In this document: positions 21,458 to 31,391 of the stretch, in pieces
How positions within the stretch are numbered: the stretch's first letter is position 1
Layout of the letters: every line of letters starts with the position of its first letter
Program-made: the position numbers and the translations under genes
Source: Escherichia coli
Lineage (GTDB): Bacteria; Pseudomonadota; Gammaproteobacteria; Enterobacterales; Enterobacteriaceae
Length of the DNA stretch: 64,000 nucleotides
Assembly: GCF_016026235.1 (NCBI RefSeq)
Contig: NZ_CP065613.1
Reading direction: 5' to 3' (one strand)
Notes under the pieces: generated by a model
The model's database searches: none
The model's input: only the letters and a program-made list of their open reading frames with translations
What the model was told of the DNA's origin: nothing

Positions 21458-22308
21458 AGATAATTTTCGATTCTTTCGATAGTGTTAAAATTGGTGAAAA
21501 AAGGTTTGAAAGCAAAGTCTTTATGCCGTTGTAAAAAGAACCATATGCGAAAAAATCTATATTTGCTGTAAGTCTTGTTTTTGATATCAGTTACATCAAG
21601 ACCGAAGTGGTCCTGTGCTACAAAATGAATTGTTGCACTCCATCCTATAGCGTATTTTTGAAAACTTAAAAGAGATATTTTTTGAGCTGAAATATCATGA
21701 ACACTGATTCCTAAGCCATTAAAACTGTCCTCGAAGTCATTAAATTTATTTAGTCTTGATGAAAGTAATTTGGTTTTAATGCTTTGCAGGATAAGAGGTT
21801 GGTATCCTGTCGAGGGAGTTGAATTAATGCCATTTTCGATACATTCTTTGATTATTCGTATTGGACTATTATAACCATATTTATTTATTTTTTCATGAAA
21901 AGATAAATTTAATTGTTGGCTATGAAAATTGCTGCCATTTCCATATCTAAAATGTTCAATCAGATCTTCGATAAGTGTTTTATATTGTCCAAAAAAGGAA
22001 AGCATTTTTGCTAGTTCTTTCATTTCTGCAAATAAAATATCAGTGCATTCACGTTGTGATATTTTTGTTCCGGAACTTGAGGCACTAAAAGCAACATTAA
22101 TAGAACCTGGGCCAGGGAAATGGTATTTAATAAGTCTGTAAGGATCAACTTTTGCTGAGATATCGCTTAGGCCGAGTGAGAGAAAGTCTTGTTCTACCAT
22201 ATCACCATATTGCATATCATCAGCAGAAAAATCATCGAATAAACTAATAGTTTCGAAAAGTGTACAGGGAATATTAATTGGCGGAAGTAATATGTTATTC
22301 ATTTGCAT
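21454..22308 (-). CDS. Hypothetical cytoplasmic protein (284 aa); first gene of low-GC islet
   Basis: Long ORF in a low-GC segment absent from K-12 as I recall it; no recognisable Walker, GxSxG or nucleotidyltransferase motif on inspection. Confidence 0.6.
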   Translation of the reverse strand: MQMNNILLPPINIPCTLFETISLFDDFSADDMQYGDMVEQDFLSLGLSDISAKVDPYRLIKYHFPGPGSINVAFSASSSGTKISQRECTDILFAEMKELAKMLSFFGQYKTLIEDLIEHFRYGNGSNFHSQQLNLSFHEKINKYGYNSPIRIIKECIENGINSTPSTGYQPLILQSIKTKLLSSRLNKFNDFEDSFNGLGISVHDISAQKISLLSFQKYAIGWSATIHFVAQDHFGLDVTDIKNKTYSKYRFFRIWFFLQRHKDFAFKPFFTNFNTIERIENYL

Positions 22309-22515
22309 TTGCCTTGGTTATATTTAAGCTCAATATCAATTCGAGAACAAATGCTAGGGTAAAAAAATATTTAAAAAAGAAGTACACTTCACATTTTTTC
22401 ATTACATCTCTGAAGAGAACCTCGTTAATGATTGGTCTTGCTCATTGTTAATAACAAAATGTTGAATTTACCGATTAGGAAACTTTTTCCTACGCGGATT
22501 GCCTCCAGTTCTGGC

Positions 22516-22635
22516 ATGAACTTTGAGTTTATGCCAGAACTGAAGTGGGGCTTCGGCTACCCTGGCGCGATTATCTTTATGATCCTCGCGGGCCTGACAC
22601 CGTATCTGTACTTTAAGCGTAAGAACTGGCTGTAA
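22516..22635 (+). pseudogene. corA: Duplicated corA 3' end (last ~39 codons plus stop), ~96% identical to 20805-20924
   Basis: Direct alignment: 115/120 identical; weaker homology continues ~20 bp upstream. ORF track reports a 67 aa ORF ending in the CorA C-terminus. Confidence 0.85.
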
Positions 22636-22659
22636 CTATACGATGTCGCTGTGAGTAAG

Positions 22660-23046
22660 TTAGTGTGCTGACAGCGACATTTTAGCCGAGGGAATCGCAG
22701 ATAACATAATTGTTGTGAATAATATCCATGCCACGTTGAGTTGGACGCTTAATGACTCACATCTCACCCCTTCAATTGCTGCAGAGATAATAGAAAAAAG
22801 TGTCAAACCCAATGAAATCAATACAAAGTAGATTGCCTTACATCCAGTATCTCTTATTCTTTTTGCTCCAATATTGATATTTACATAGGTATTATTAATA
22901 ACCAGAATAAAACTCAAAGCCAGGTTGATATCATTCAAAGTTATTAATATTGACCATGATGTTAATGTATAGATTATGAACTGAAAGCGTGATAAACGCT
23001 CAAGCCTGGATGGGTAGAATATATTTCTGATGGATGATTTGAACAT
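22660..23046 (-). CDS. yigF: Small inner membrane protein (DUF2628-like)
   Basis: 128 aa hydrophobic ORF in the expected position between corA and rarD; low GC. Confidence 0.6.
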   Translation of the reverse strand: MFKSSIRNIFYPSRLERLSRFQFIIYTLTSWSILITLNDINLALSFILVINNTYVNINIGAKRIRDTGCKAIYFVLISLGLTLFSIISAAIEGVRCESLSVQLNVAWILFTTIMLSAIPSAKMSLSAH

Positions 23047-23245
23047 TTTTACATTGTTTTATATATATAATTGTTTTGAATATATATTACCTGAATTATG
23101 TGGTTTGCATATATATATGCAATATAGCAGTCTTTGCATTGATAACTATACAGTAGTAATTTAGAGTGTGTAAGTTTTTATTGATGGGGTATATTTTAAT
23201 TAAATATAATTGAAATGTATTTTTATTCTATAAACAATATCTTGG

Positions 23246-23560
23246 GTGAATGGATTCTATATGGGAAATGGTAACTTTTGGCAGTTGTTCTTGGGTAAAG
23301 AACCTTACAGCAAAAAATCTTATTTTGTTAAGGCATGGTTATTGTGGTGGGCTATTACCATCCTTGTTCTATTTATTTTAAGCCTGACTACGACATTAAA
23401 TTTAAGAAGTATAGGTATAGGGTTAAGTTTTGGGTTTTGTCAAATTCTTGGTAGATATACGATGTCTCTAGGATGGAGTAAGTACTGGGGAGTTTTGGGG
23501 GTATTTCCTGTAACAAATATTGTTCTTTTTCTTATCTTAATTTTTTTCAAAAAAAGATAA
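23246..23560 (+). CDS. yigG: Small inner membrane protein
   Basis: 104 aa ORF with two predicted TM segments, divergent from yigF; low GC. Confidence 0.5.
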   Translation: MNGFYMGNGNFWQLFLGKEPYSKKSYFVKAWLLWWAITILVLFILSLTTTLNLRSIGIGLSFGFCQILGRYTMSLGWSKYWGVLGVFPVTNIVLFLILIFFKKR

Positions 23561-23606
23561 ATAAGTCAGTGGGTAGGCTCTTTAAACGGCCTACCCATGT
23601 TAATTC

Positions 23607-24494
23607 TTAACTTTTTCTACGCTGCGTATAAATCGCATCCATCACAAAAATTGCCAGCGCCACCCAAATAAAGGCGAAAGTCACCATCTTATCGGCACCC
23701 GGTTTTTCACCATAAAACGTCACAGCCAGCAGGAACATCAGCGTCGGGCCAATGTACTGGAAAAAGCCTAACGTTGAGAGACGCAAGCGCGTGGCAGCGG
23801 CGGTAAAACACAACAGCGGTACGGTAGTGACAATACCGGCGGCGATCAGCAGTAAATTCAGCGACATCGGGTTTTGCCCCATATGGCTGGTTGAGCTGTC
23901 GGCAATAGCAAACAGGTAAATTGCCGCCACGGGCAGCAGCCACATGGTTTCGATTAACATGCCGGTTTGCGCTTCAACGGCAATCTTCTTGCGTACCAGA
24001 CCGTAGAAGGCAAAACTAAATGCTAGCCCCAGCGCGATAATAGGTAGCGAACCAAAAGTCCACAGCTGGACCAACACGCCACATATCGCCAGAATCACCG
24101 CCAGCCATTGCATCCGGCGGAATCGCTCGCCGAGGAAAATCATCCCCAGCACAATGTTCACCAGCGGGTTAATAAAGTAACCAAGGCTCGCTTCCAGCAT
24201 ATGGTGATTGTTCACCGCCCAGATAAACAGTAGCCAGTTGCCACCAATCAGCACGGCAGAGACTGCCAGCATAAAAATTTTCTGTGGCGTCTGAATCAGC
24301 GTTTTTAAATAGGACCACTGGCGGCAAATGCTCATCAGCACCACCATAAAGAAAAACGACCAGATCACGCGATGCGTCAGGATTTCATCGGCGGGCACGT
24401 AGTAAATCAACTTGAAGTACGCTGGCGCTATACCCCAAATAAAATAAGCGGCAAGAGCGAGTAATACGCCCTGCCGCGTTTGTTTTGCATCCAT
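23607..24494 (-). CDS. rarD: EamA/DMT-family transporter RarD
   Basis: 295 aa, 10-TM DMT-like profile; conserved position. Confidence 0.88.
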   Translation of the reverse strand: MDAKQTRQGVLLALAAYFIWGIAPAYFKLIYYVPADEILTHRVIWSFFFMVVLMSICRQWSYLKTLIQTPQKIFMLAVSAVLIGGNWLLFIWAVNNHHMLEASLGYFINPLVNIVLGMIFLGERFRRMQWLAVILAICGVLVQLWTFGSLPIIALGLAFSFAFYGLVRKKIAVEAQTGMLIETMWLLPVAAIYLFAIADSSTSHMGQNPMSLNLLLIAAGIVTTVPLLCFTAAATRLRLSTLGFFQYIGPTLMFLLAVTFYGEKPGADKMVTFAFIWVALAIFVMDAIYTQRRKS

Positions 24495-24545
24495 CGGGAA
24501 TACTCATTTTTAATTGGTAACAGCAGTTTACCTGCTTTTACGTTA

Positions 24546-25013
24546 TCAACCTACCATATAGGTGGCGGTGGCACTGGCAATATAAAGCTGTTCTTCATTG
24601 TGTAATTCAACGCGGGCGACGGCGACTTTATTGCCTGCACGCAACAGACTACTGGTAGCAGTAAAACGCTCGCCCCTGCCTGGGCGCAGATAATCAACGC
24701 GAAGATCAATGGTCCCCATCCGCGATAGCCGCTGGCGTAGTTCATCTTCACTGATGGTTTCGTGGCGGGTTAAGGTACTTCCCACGCACACCAGACCTGC
24801 GGCGACATCCAGCGCCGACGCAATGACCCCGCCGTGCAAAATGCTTTGCGCCCAGTTACCCACCATCATTGGCTGATTTTTAAAGGCCAGCTGTGCGAAC
24901 TCTTTTTCGTAACGCTCCAGCTCCATCCCTAACGCGCGGTTAAATGGCATGTGATAAACAAACATCTCACCCACTAATTTCAGGGCTTGTTCAGCGGTCA
25001 GTACGGCAGACAT
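24546..25013 (-). CDS. yigI: PaaI/hotdog-fold thioesterase (155 aa from ATG 25013; ORF track extends to 25031)
   Basis: Hotdog thioesterase-like sequence; position between rarD and pldA. Confidence 0.85.
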   Translation of the reverse strand: MSAVLTAEQALKLVGEMFVYHMPFNRALGMELERYEKEFAQLAFKNQPMMVGNWAQSILHGGVIASALDVAAGLVCVGSTLTRHETISEDELRQRLSRMGTIDLRVDYLRPGRGERFTATSSLLRAGNKVAVARVELHNEEQLYIASATATYMVG

Positions 25014-25177
25014 ATCATCCTTACACTTCATTGGTTAATGAAATGTTGATTTTATGCTTCTTTGTTGTTGGTTTCTACTTTAGGAAGGGATAACTAACGG
25101 CTATGGAGTTAAGTATGTAAAATAGCCCGCAGAAAAATATTCACCTTATCAATAATTCGTTACGGAGAACACGACCG

Positions 25178-26047
25178 ATGCGGACTCTGCAGGGCTGGTT
25201 GTTGCCGGTGTTTATGTTGCCTATGGCAGTATATGCACAAGAGGCAACGGTGAAAGAGGTGCATGACGCGCCAGCGGTGCGTGGCAGTATTATCGCCAAT
25301 ATGCTGCAGGAGCATGACAATCCGTTCACGCTCTATCCTTATGACACCAACTACCTCATCTACACACAAACCAGCGATCTGAATAAAGAAGCGATTGCCA
25401 GTTACGACTGGGCGGAAAATGCGCGTAAGGATGAAGTAAAGTTTCAGTTGAGCCTGGCATTTCCGCTGTGGCGTGGGATTTTAGGCCCGAACTCGGTGTT
25501 GGGTGCGTCTTATACGCAAAAATCCTGGTGGCAACTGTCCAATAGCGAAGAGTCTTCACCGTTTCGTGAAACCAACTACGAACCGCAATTGTTTCTCGGT
25601 TTTGCCACCGATTACCGTTTTGCAGGCTGGACGTTGCGCGATGTAGAGATGGGGTATAACCACGACTCTAACGGGCGTTCAGACCCGACCTCCCGCAGCT
25701 GGAACCGCCTTTATACTCGCCTGATGGCAGAAAACGGTAACTGGCTGGTAGAAGTGAAGCCGTGGTATGTGGTGGGTAATACTGACGATAACCCGGATAT
25801 CACCAAATATATGGGTTACTACCAGCTTAAAATCGGCTATCACCTCGGTGATGCGGTGTTGAGTGCGAAAGGACAGTACAACTGGAACACCGGCTACGGC
25901 GGCGCGGAGTTAGGCTTAAGTTACCCGATCACCAAACATGTGCGCCTTTATACTCAGGTTTACAGCGGCTATGGCGAATCGCTCATCGACTATAACTTCA
26001 ACCAGACCCGTGTCGGTGTGGGGGTTATGCTAAACGATTTGTTTTGA
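25178..26047 (+). CDS. pldA: Outer membrane phospholipase A
   Basis: 289 aa with signal peptide and beta-barrel pattern; C-terminal aromatic residue (F). Confidence 0.93.
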   Translation: MRTLQGWLLPVFMLPMAVYAQEATVKEVHDAPAVRGSIIANMLQEHDNPFTLYPYDTNYLIYTQTSDLNKEAIASYDWAENARKDEVKFQLSLAFPLWRGILGPNSVLGASYTQKSWWQLSNSEESSPFRETNYEPQLFLGFATDYRFAGWTLRDVEMGYNHDSNGRSDPTSRSWNRLYTRLMAENGNWLVEVKPWYVVGNTDDNPDITKYMGYYQLKIGYHLGDAVLSAKGQYNWNTGYGGAELGLSYPITKHVRLYTQVYSGYGESLIDYNFNQTRVGVGVMLNDLF

Positions 26048-26179
26048 TGAACGGTTGAGTGGTTGGCAAATCTGGAATCCAGCATCCAGGATTACCCTCT
26101 CAGAGACTAAAAGCATTGCAGTTTCTCGCGCAGGCGCTGAAAATAGCGCCTGTTTTTATTTCAGGCAATCGGGGTGAAT

Positions 26180-28009
26180 GTGGCGCAGGCGGAAGTGTTG
26201 AATCTGGAGTCCGGAGCTAAACAGGTTTTACAAGAAACCTTTGGCTACCAACAGTTTCGCCCCGGCCAGGAAGAAATTATCGACACTGTGCTTTCCGGTC
26301 GCGATTGCCTGGTCGTCATGCCCACCGGTGGCGGAAAATCCCTTTGCTATCAAATTCCTGCCTTATTGCTAAACGGCCTTACCGTGGTTGTTTCACCGCT
26401 GATTTCGTTGATGAAAGATCAGGTGGATCAACTGCAAGCCAACGGCGTGGCGGCGGCGTGCCTTAACTCGACGCAAACCCGCGAACAGCAACTTGAAGTG
26501 ATGACAGGCTGCCGCACCGGGCAAATTCGTCTGCTTTATATCGCCCCGGAACGCCTGATGCTGGATAACTTTCTTGAGCATCTGGCGCACTGGAATCCGG
26601 TGTTATTAGCCGTTGATGAAGCGCACTGTATCTCCCAATGGGGCCACGATTTCCGCCCGGAATATGCCGCGCTCGGTCAGTTGCGCCAGCGGTTCCCGAC
26701 GCTGCCGTTTATGGCGCTGACCGCCACAGCCGACGACACCACGCGCCAGGATATCGTGCGCCTGCTGGGGCTGAACGATCCGCTGATTCAAATCAGCAGT
26801 TTTGACCGTCCGAATATTCGCTACATGCTGATGGAGAAGTTCAAACCGCTCGATCAGTTGATGCGCTACGTGCAGGAACAGCGCGGTAAGTCCGGCATTA
26901 TCTACTGCAACAGCCGGGCGAAAGTAGAAGACACCGCTGCGCGCCTGCAAAGCAAGGGTATTAGCGCGGCGGCCTATCATGCCGGGCTGGAAAATAATGT
27001 CCGCGCCGACGTGCAGGAGAAATTCCAGCGCGATGACCTGCAAATTGTGGTGGCGACGGTGGCGTTCGGCATGGGCATCAATAAACCAAACGTTCGCTTC
27101 GTGGTCCACTTTGATATTCCGCGCAATATCGAATCCTATTATCAGGAAACCGGTCGCGCCGGGCGTGATGGCCTGCCCGCGGAAGCGATGCTGTTTTACG
27201 ATCCGGCCGATATGGCGTGGCTGCGCCGTTGTCTGGAAGAGAAGCCGCAGGGGCAGTTGCAGGATATCGAACGTCATAAACTCAATGCGATGGGCGCTTT
27301 TGCCGAAGCGCAAACTTGCCGTCGTCTGGTACTGCTGAACTATTTTGGCGAAGGGCGTCAGGAGCCGTGCGGGAACTGCGATATCTGCCTCGATCCGCCG
27401 AAACAGTACGACGGTTCAACCGATGCTCAGATTGCCCTTTCCACCATTGGTCGTGTGAATCAGCGTTTTGGTATGGGCTATGTGGTGGAAGTGATTCGCG
27501 GCGCTAATAACCAGCGTATCCGCGACTATGGTCATGACAAACTAAAAGTCTACGGTATGGGCCGTGATAAAAGTCATGAACATTGGGTGAGCGTGATCCG
27601 CCAGCTGATTCACCTCGGTCTGGTGACGCAAAATATTGCCCAGCATTCTGCCCTACAACTGACAGAGGCTGCGCGTCCGGTGCTGCGCGGCGAATCCTCT
27701 TTGCAACTTGCCGTGCCGCGTATCGTGGCGCTCAAACCGAAAGCGATGCAGAAATCGTTCGGCGGCAACTATGATCGCAAACTGTTCGCCAAATTACGCA
27801 AACTGCGTAAATCGATAGCCGATGAAAGTAATGTCCCGCCGTACGTGGTGTTTAACGACGCAACCTTGATTGAGATGGCTGAACAGATGCCGATCACCGC
27901 CAGCGAAATGCTCAGCGTTAACGGCGTTGGGATGCGCAAGCTGGAACGCTTTGGCAAACCGTTTATGGCGCTGATTCGTGCGCATGTTGATGGCGATGAC
28001 GAAGAGTAG
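26180..28009 (+). CDS. recQ: ATP-dependent DNA helicase RecQ (609 aa from GTG 26180; ORF track starts at 26174)
   Basis: [30 protein letters not shown]...; Walker A PTGGGKS, DEAH box (VDEAH), zinc-binding Cys cluster, HRDC region. Confidence 0.95.
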
Positions 28010-28072
28010 TCAGCAGCATAAAAAAGTGCCAGTATGAAGACTCCGTAAACGTTTCCCCCGCGAGTCAAATGT

Positions 28073-28693
28073 ATGTTGATGTTATTTCTCACCGTCGCCA
28101 TGGTGCACATTGTGGCGCTTATGAGCCCCGGTCCCGATTTCTTTTTTGTCTCTCAGACCGCTGTCAGTCGTTCCCGTAAAGAAGCGATGATGGGCGTGCT
28201 GGGCATTACCTGCGGCGTAATGGTTTGGGCTGGGATTGCGCTGCTTGGCCTGCATTTGATTATCGAAAAAATGGCCTGGCTGCATACGCTGATTATGGTG
28301 GGCGGTGGCCTGTATCTCTGCTGGATGGGTTACCAGATGCTACGCGGTGCACTGAAAAAAGAGGCGGTTTCTGCACCTGCGCCACAGGTCGAGCTGGCGA
28401 AAAGTGGGCGCAGTTTCCTGAAAGGTTTACTGACCAATCTCGCTAATCCGAAAGCGATTATCTACTTTGGCTCGGTGTTCTCATTGTTTGTCGGTGATAA
28501 CGTTGGCACTACCGCGCGCTGGGGCATTTTTGCGCTGATCATTGTCGAAACGCTGGCGTGGTTTACCGTCGTTGCCAGCCTGTTTGCCCTGCCGCAAATG
28601 CGCCGTGGTTATCAACGTCTGGCGAAGTGGATTGATGGTTTTGCCGGGGCGTTATTTGCCGGATTTGGCATTCATTTGATTATTTCGCGGTGA
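28073..28693 (+). CDS. rhtC: Threonine efflux protein (LysE/RhtB family)
   Basis: 206 aa, 6-TM LysE-type exporter; rhtC-rhtB convergent pair. Confidence 0.9.
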   Translation: MLMLFLTVAMVHIVALMSPGPDFFFVSQTAVSRSRKEAMMGVLGITCGVMVWAGIALLGLHLIIEKMAWLHTLIMVGGGLYLCWMGYQMLRGALKKEAVSAPAPQVELAKSGRSFLKGLLTNLANPKAIIYFGSVFSLFVGDNVGTTARWGIFALIIVETLAWFTVVASLFALPQMRRGYQRLAKWIDGFAGALFAGFGIHLIISR

Positions 28694-28711
28694 TGCCAGA
28701 CGCGTCTTCAG

Positions 28712-28745
28712 AGTAAGTCGGATAAGGCGTTTACGCCGCATCCGA
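28712..28745. repeat. REP element
   Basis: GATAAGGCGTTTACGCCGCATCCGACATTA between convergent rhtC and rhtB. Confidence 0.65.
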
Positions 28746-28754
28746 CATTATTTT

Positions 28755-29375
28755 TCACGCATGCCTCGCCGATGCTAACAGCGCTCCCACCAGCATAAAC
28801 AACGAGCCGAAAATCTTATTCAGCGCCTTCATCTGCTTTGGTCCTTTAATCCATAGAGCAATCCGTTGAGCAAGGGTGGCGTAACCGATCATCACAATAA
28901 TATCGACCACAATAGTGGTGACGCCGAGCACGATATACTGCATCAGTTGCGGCTGTTGCGGCATGATGAATTGCGGAAATAGCGCCGCCAGAAACACAAT
29001 ACTTTTGGGATTGGTGAGATTCACAAAAACTGCGCGCTGGAACAAATGTCGACGCGATTGAGTAGAGGCCAGCGATTTAAGGTCAATTGCACCAGCGGCG
29101 CGCCACTGCTGGATTCCCAGCCAAATCAAGTAAGCCGCGCCTGCCCACTTCAACACTTCAAACGCAATCACTGAGCGGGAAAATAGCGTCCCCAACCCCA
29201 CGCCAACCAGCACAATATGAATCGCCAGTCCGGTCTGAAGCCCAGCAATAGACGCCACCGCGCCGCGATAACCGTGGTTGAGCGAGGTGGTCATAGTGTT
29301 GATTGCACCAGAGCCTGGCGACAGGCTTAAAATGATCGATGTCAGCAGGTAGGCAAACCACCATTCTAAGGTCAT
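28755..29375 (-). CDS. rhtB: Homoserine/homoserine lactone efflux protein (LysE/RhtB family)
   Basis: 206 aa, LysE-type exporter paralog. Confidence 0.9.
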
Positions 29376-29485
29376 GATGAACTCCCGGTGTGTCTATTTT
29401 TGTGCCACAATACGCTACTGTCGCAGCGTTGTGTCAGGCACGCTAAAAAAAACGATTTTACGTGGTTTAAGAGGCAGATTACCCG

Positions 29486-30508
29486 ATGTTTCAGCAGCAA
29501 AAAGACTGGGAAACAAGAGAAAACGCGTTTGCTGCTTTTACCATGGGACCGCTGACTGATTTCTGGCGTCAGCGTGATGAAGCAGAGTTTACTGGTGTGG
29601 ATGACATTCCGGTGCGCTTTGTCCGTTTTCGCGCACAGCACCATGACCGGGTGGTAGTCATCTGCCCGGGGCGTATTGAGAGCTACGTAAAATATGCGGA
29701 ACTGGCCTATGACCTGTTCCATTTGGGGTTTGATGTCTTAATCATCGACCATCGCGGGCAGGGACGTTCCGGTCGCCTGTTAGCCGATCCGCATCTCGGG
29801 CATGTTAATCGCTTTAATGATTATGTTGATGATCTGGCGGCATTCTGGCAGCAGGAGGTTCAGCCCGGTCCGTGGCGTAAACGCTATATACTGGCACATT
29901 CGATGGGCGGTGCGATCTCCACATTATTTCTGCAACGCCATCCAGGTGTATGTGACGCCATTGCGCTAACTGCGCCAATGTTTGGGATCGTGATTCGTAT
30001 GCCGTCATTTATGGCACGGCAGATCCTCAACTGGGCCGAAGCGCATCCACGTTTCCGTGATGGCTATGCAATAGGCACCGGGCGCTGGCGCGCGTTGCCG
30101 TTTGCTATCAACGTACTGACCCACAGCAGACAGCGATATCGACGTAACTTACGCTTCTATGCTGATGACCCAACGATTCGCGTCGGTGGGCCGACCTACC
30201 ATTGGGTACGCGAAAGTATTCTGGCTGGCGAACAGGTGTTAGCCGGTGCGGGTGATGACGCCACGCCAACGCTTCTCTTACAAGCTGAAGAGGAACGCGT
30301 GGTGGATAACCGCATGCATGACCGTTTTTGTGAACTCCGCACCGCCGCGGGCCATCCTGTCGAAGGAGGACGACCGTTGGTAATTAAAGGTGCTTACCAT
30401 GAGATCCTTTTTGAAAAGGACGCAATGCGCTCAGTCGCGCTCCACGCCATTGTTGATTTTTTCAACAGGCATAACTCACCCAGCGGAAACCGCTCTACAG
30501 AGGTTTAA
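29486..30508 (+). CDS. pldB: Lysophospholipase L2
   Basis: 340 aa alpha/beta hydrolase with GHSMGG nucleophile elbow. Confidence 0.92.
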   Translation: MFQQQKDWETRENAFAAFTMGPLTDFWRQRDEAEFTGVDDIPVRFVRFRAQHHDRVVVICPGRIESYVKYAELAYDLFHLGFDVLIIDHRGQGRSGRLLADPHLGHVNRFNDYVDDLAAFWQQEVQPGPWRKRYILAHSMGGAISTLFLQRHPGVCDAIALTAPMFGIVIRMPSFMARQILNWAEAHPRFRDGYAIGTGRWRALPFAINVLTHSRQRYRRNLRFYADDPTIRVGGPTYHWVRESILAGEQVLAGAGDDATPTLLLQAEEERVVDNRMHDRFCELRTAAGHPVEGGRPLVIKGAYHEILFEKDAMRSVALHAIVDFFNRHNSPSGNRSTEV

Positions 30509-30515
30509 ATTTCTT

Positions 30516-31316
30516 ATGTACCAGGTTGTTGCGTCTGATTTAGATGGCACGTTACTTTCTCCCGACCATACGTTATCCCCTTACGCCAAAGAAACTCTGA
30601 AGCTGCTCACCGCGCGCGGCATCAACTTTGTGTTTGCGACCGGTCGTCACCACGTTGATGTGGGGCAAATTCGCGATAATCTGGAGATTAAGTCTTACAT
30701 GATTACCTCCAATGGTGCGCGCGTTCACGATCTGGATGGTAATCTGATTTTTGCTCATAACCTGGATCGCGACATTGCCAGCGATCTGTTTGGCGTAGTC
30801 AACGACAATCCGGACATCATTACTAACGTTTATCGCGACGACGAATGGTTTATGAATCGCCATCGCCCGGAAGAGATGCGCTTTTTTAAAGAAGCGGTGT
30901 TCAAATATGCGCTGTATGAGCCTGGATTACTGGAGCCGGAAGGCGTCAGCAAAGTGTTCTTCACCTGCGATTCCCATGAACAACTGCTGCCGCTGGAGCA
31001 GGCGATTAACGCTCGTTGGGGCGATCGCGTCAACGTCAGTTTCTCTACCTTAACCTGTCTGGAAGTGATGGCGGGCGGCGTTTCAAAAGGCCATGCGCTG
31101 GAAGCGGTGGCGAAGAAACTGGGCTACAGCCTGAAGGATTGTATTGCGTTTGGTGACGGGATGAACGACGCCGAAATGCTGTCGATGGCGGGGAAAGGCT
31201 GCATTATGGGCAGTGCGCACCAGCGTCTGAAAGACCTTCATCCCGAGCTGGAAGTGATTGGTACTAATGCCGACGACGCGGTGCCGCATTATCTGCGTAA
31301 ACTCTATTTATCGTAA
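30516..31316 (+). CDS. yigL: HAD-family sugar phosphatase (Cof subfamily) (266 aa from ATG 30516; ORF track over-extends to 30390)
   Basis: MYQVVASDLDGTLLSPDH... with DxD HAD motif. Confidence 0.92.
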   Translation: MYQVVASDLDGTLLSPDHTLSPYAKETLKLLTARGINFVFATGRHHVDVGQIRDNLEIKSYMITSNGARVHDLDGNLIFAHNLDRDIASDLFGVVNDNPDIITNVYRDDEWFMNRHRPEEMRFFKEAVFKYALYEPGLLEPEGVSKVFFTCDSHEQLLPLEQAINARWGDRVNVSFSTLTCLEVMAGGVSKGHALEAVAKKLGYSLKDCIAFGDGMNDAEMLSMAGKGCIMGSAHQRLKDLHPELEVIGTNADDAVPHYLRKLYLS

Positions 31317-31391
31317 TCGTTCTTTATTTGGTCAGTTGTCAACCTGATACTTCGCTACAATGGATACTCGTTAATCAAAGAGTTTTCCATT

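Noticed and set aside
22432-22635. 67 aa ORF that could be called as a small new membrane-protein gene
   Set aside because: Its C-terminal 39 residues are a near-exact copy of the CorA C-terminus; it is the duplicated corA 3' end at the islet boundary, not an independent gene.
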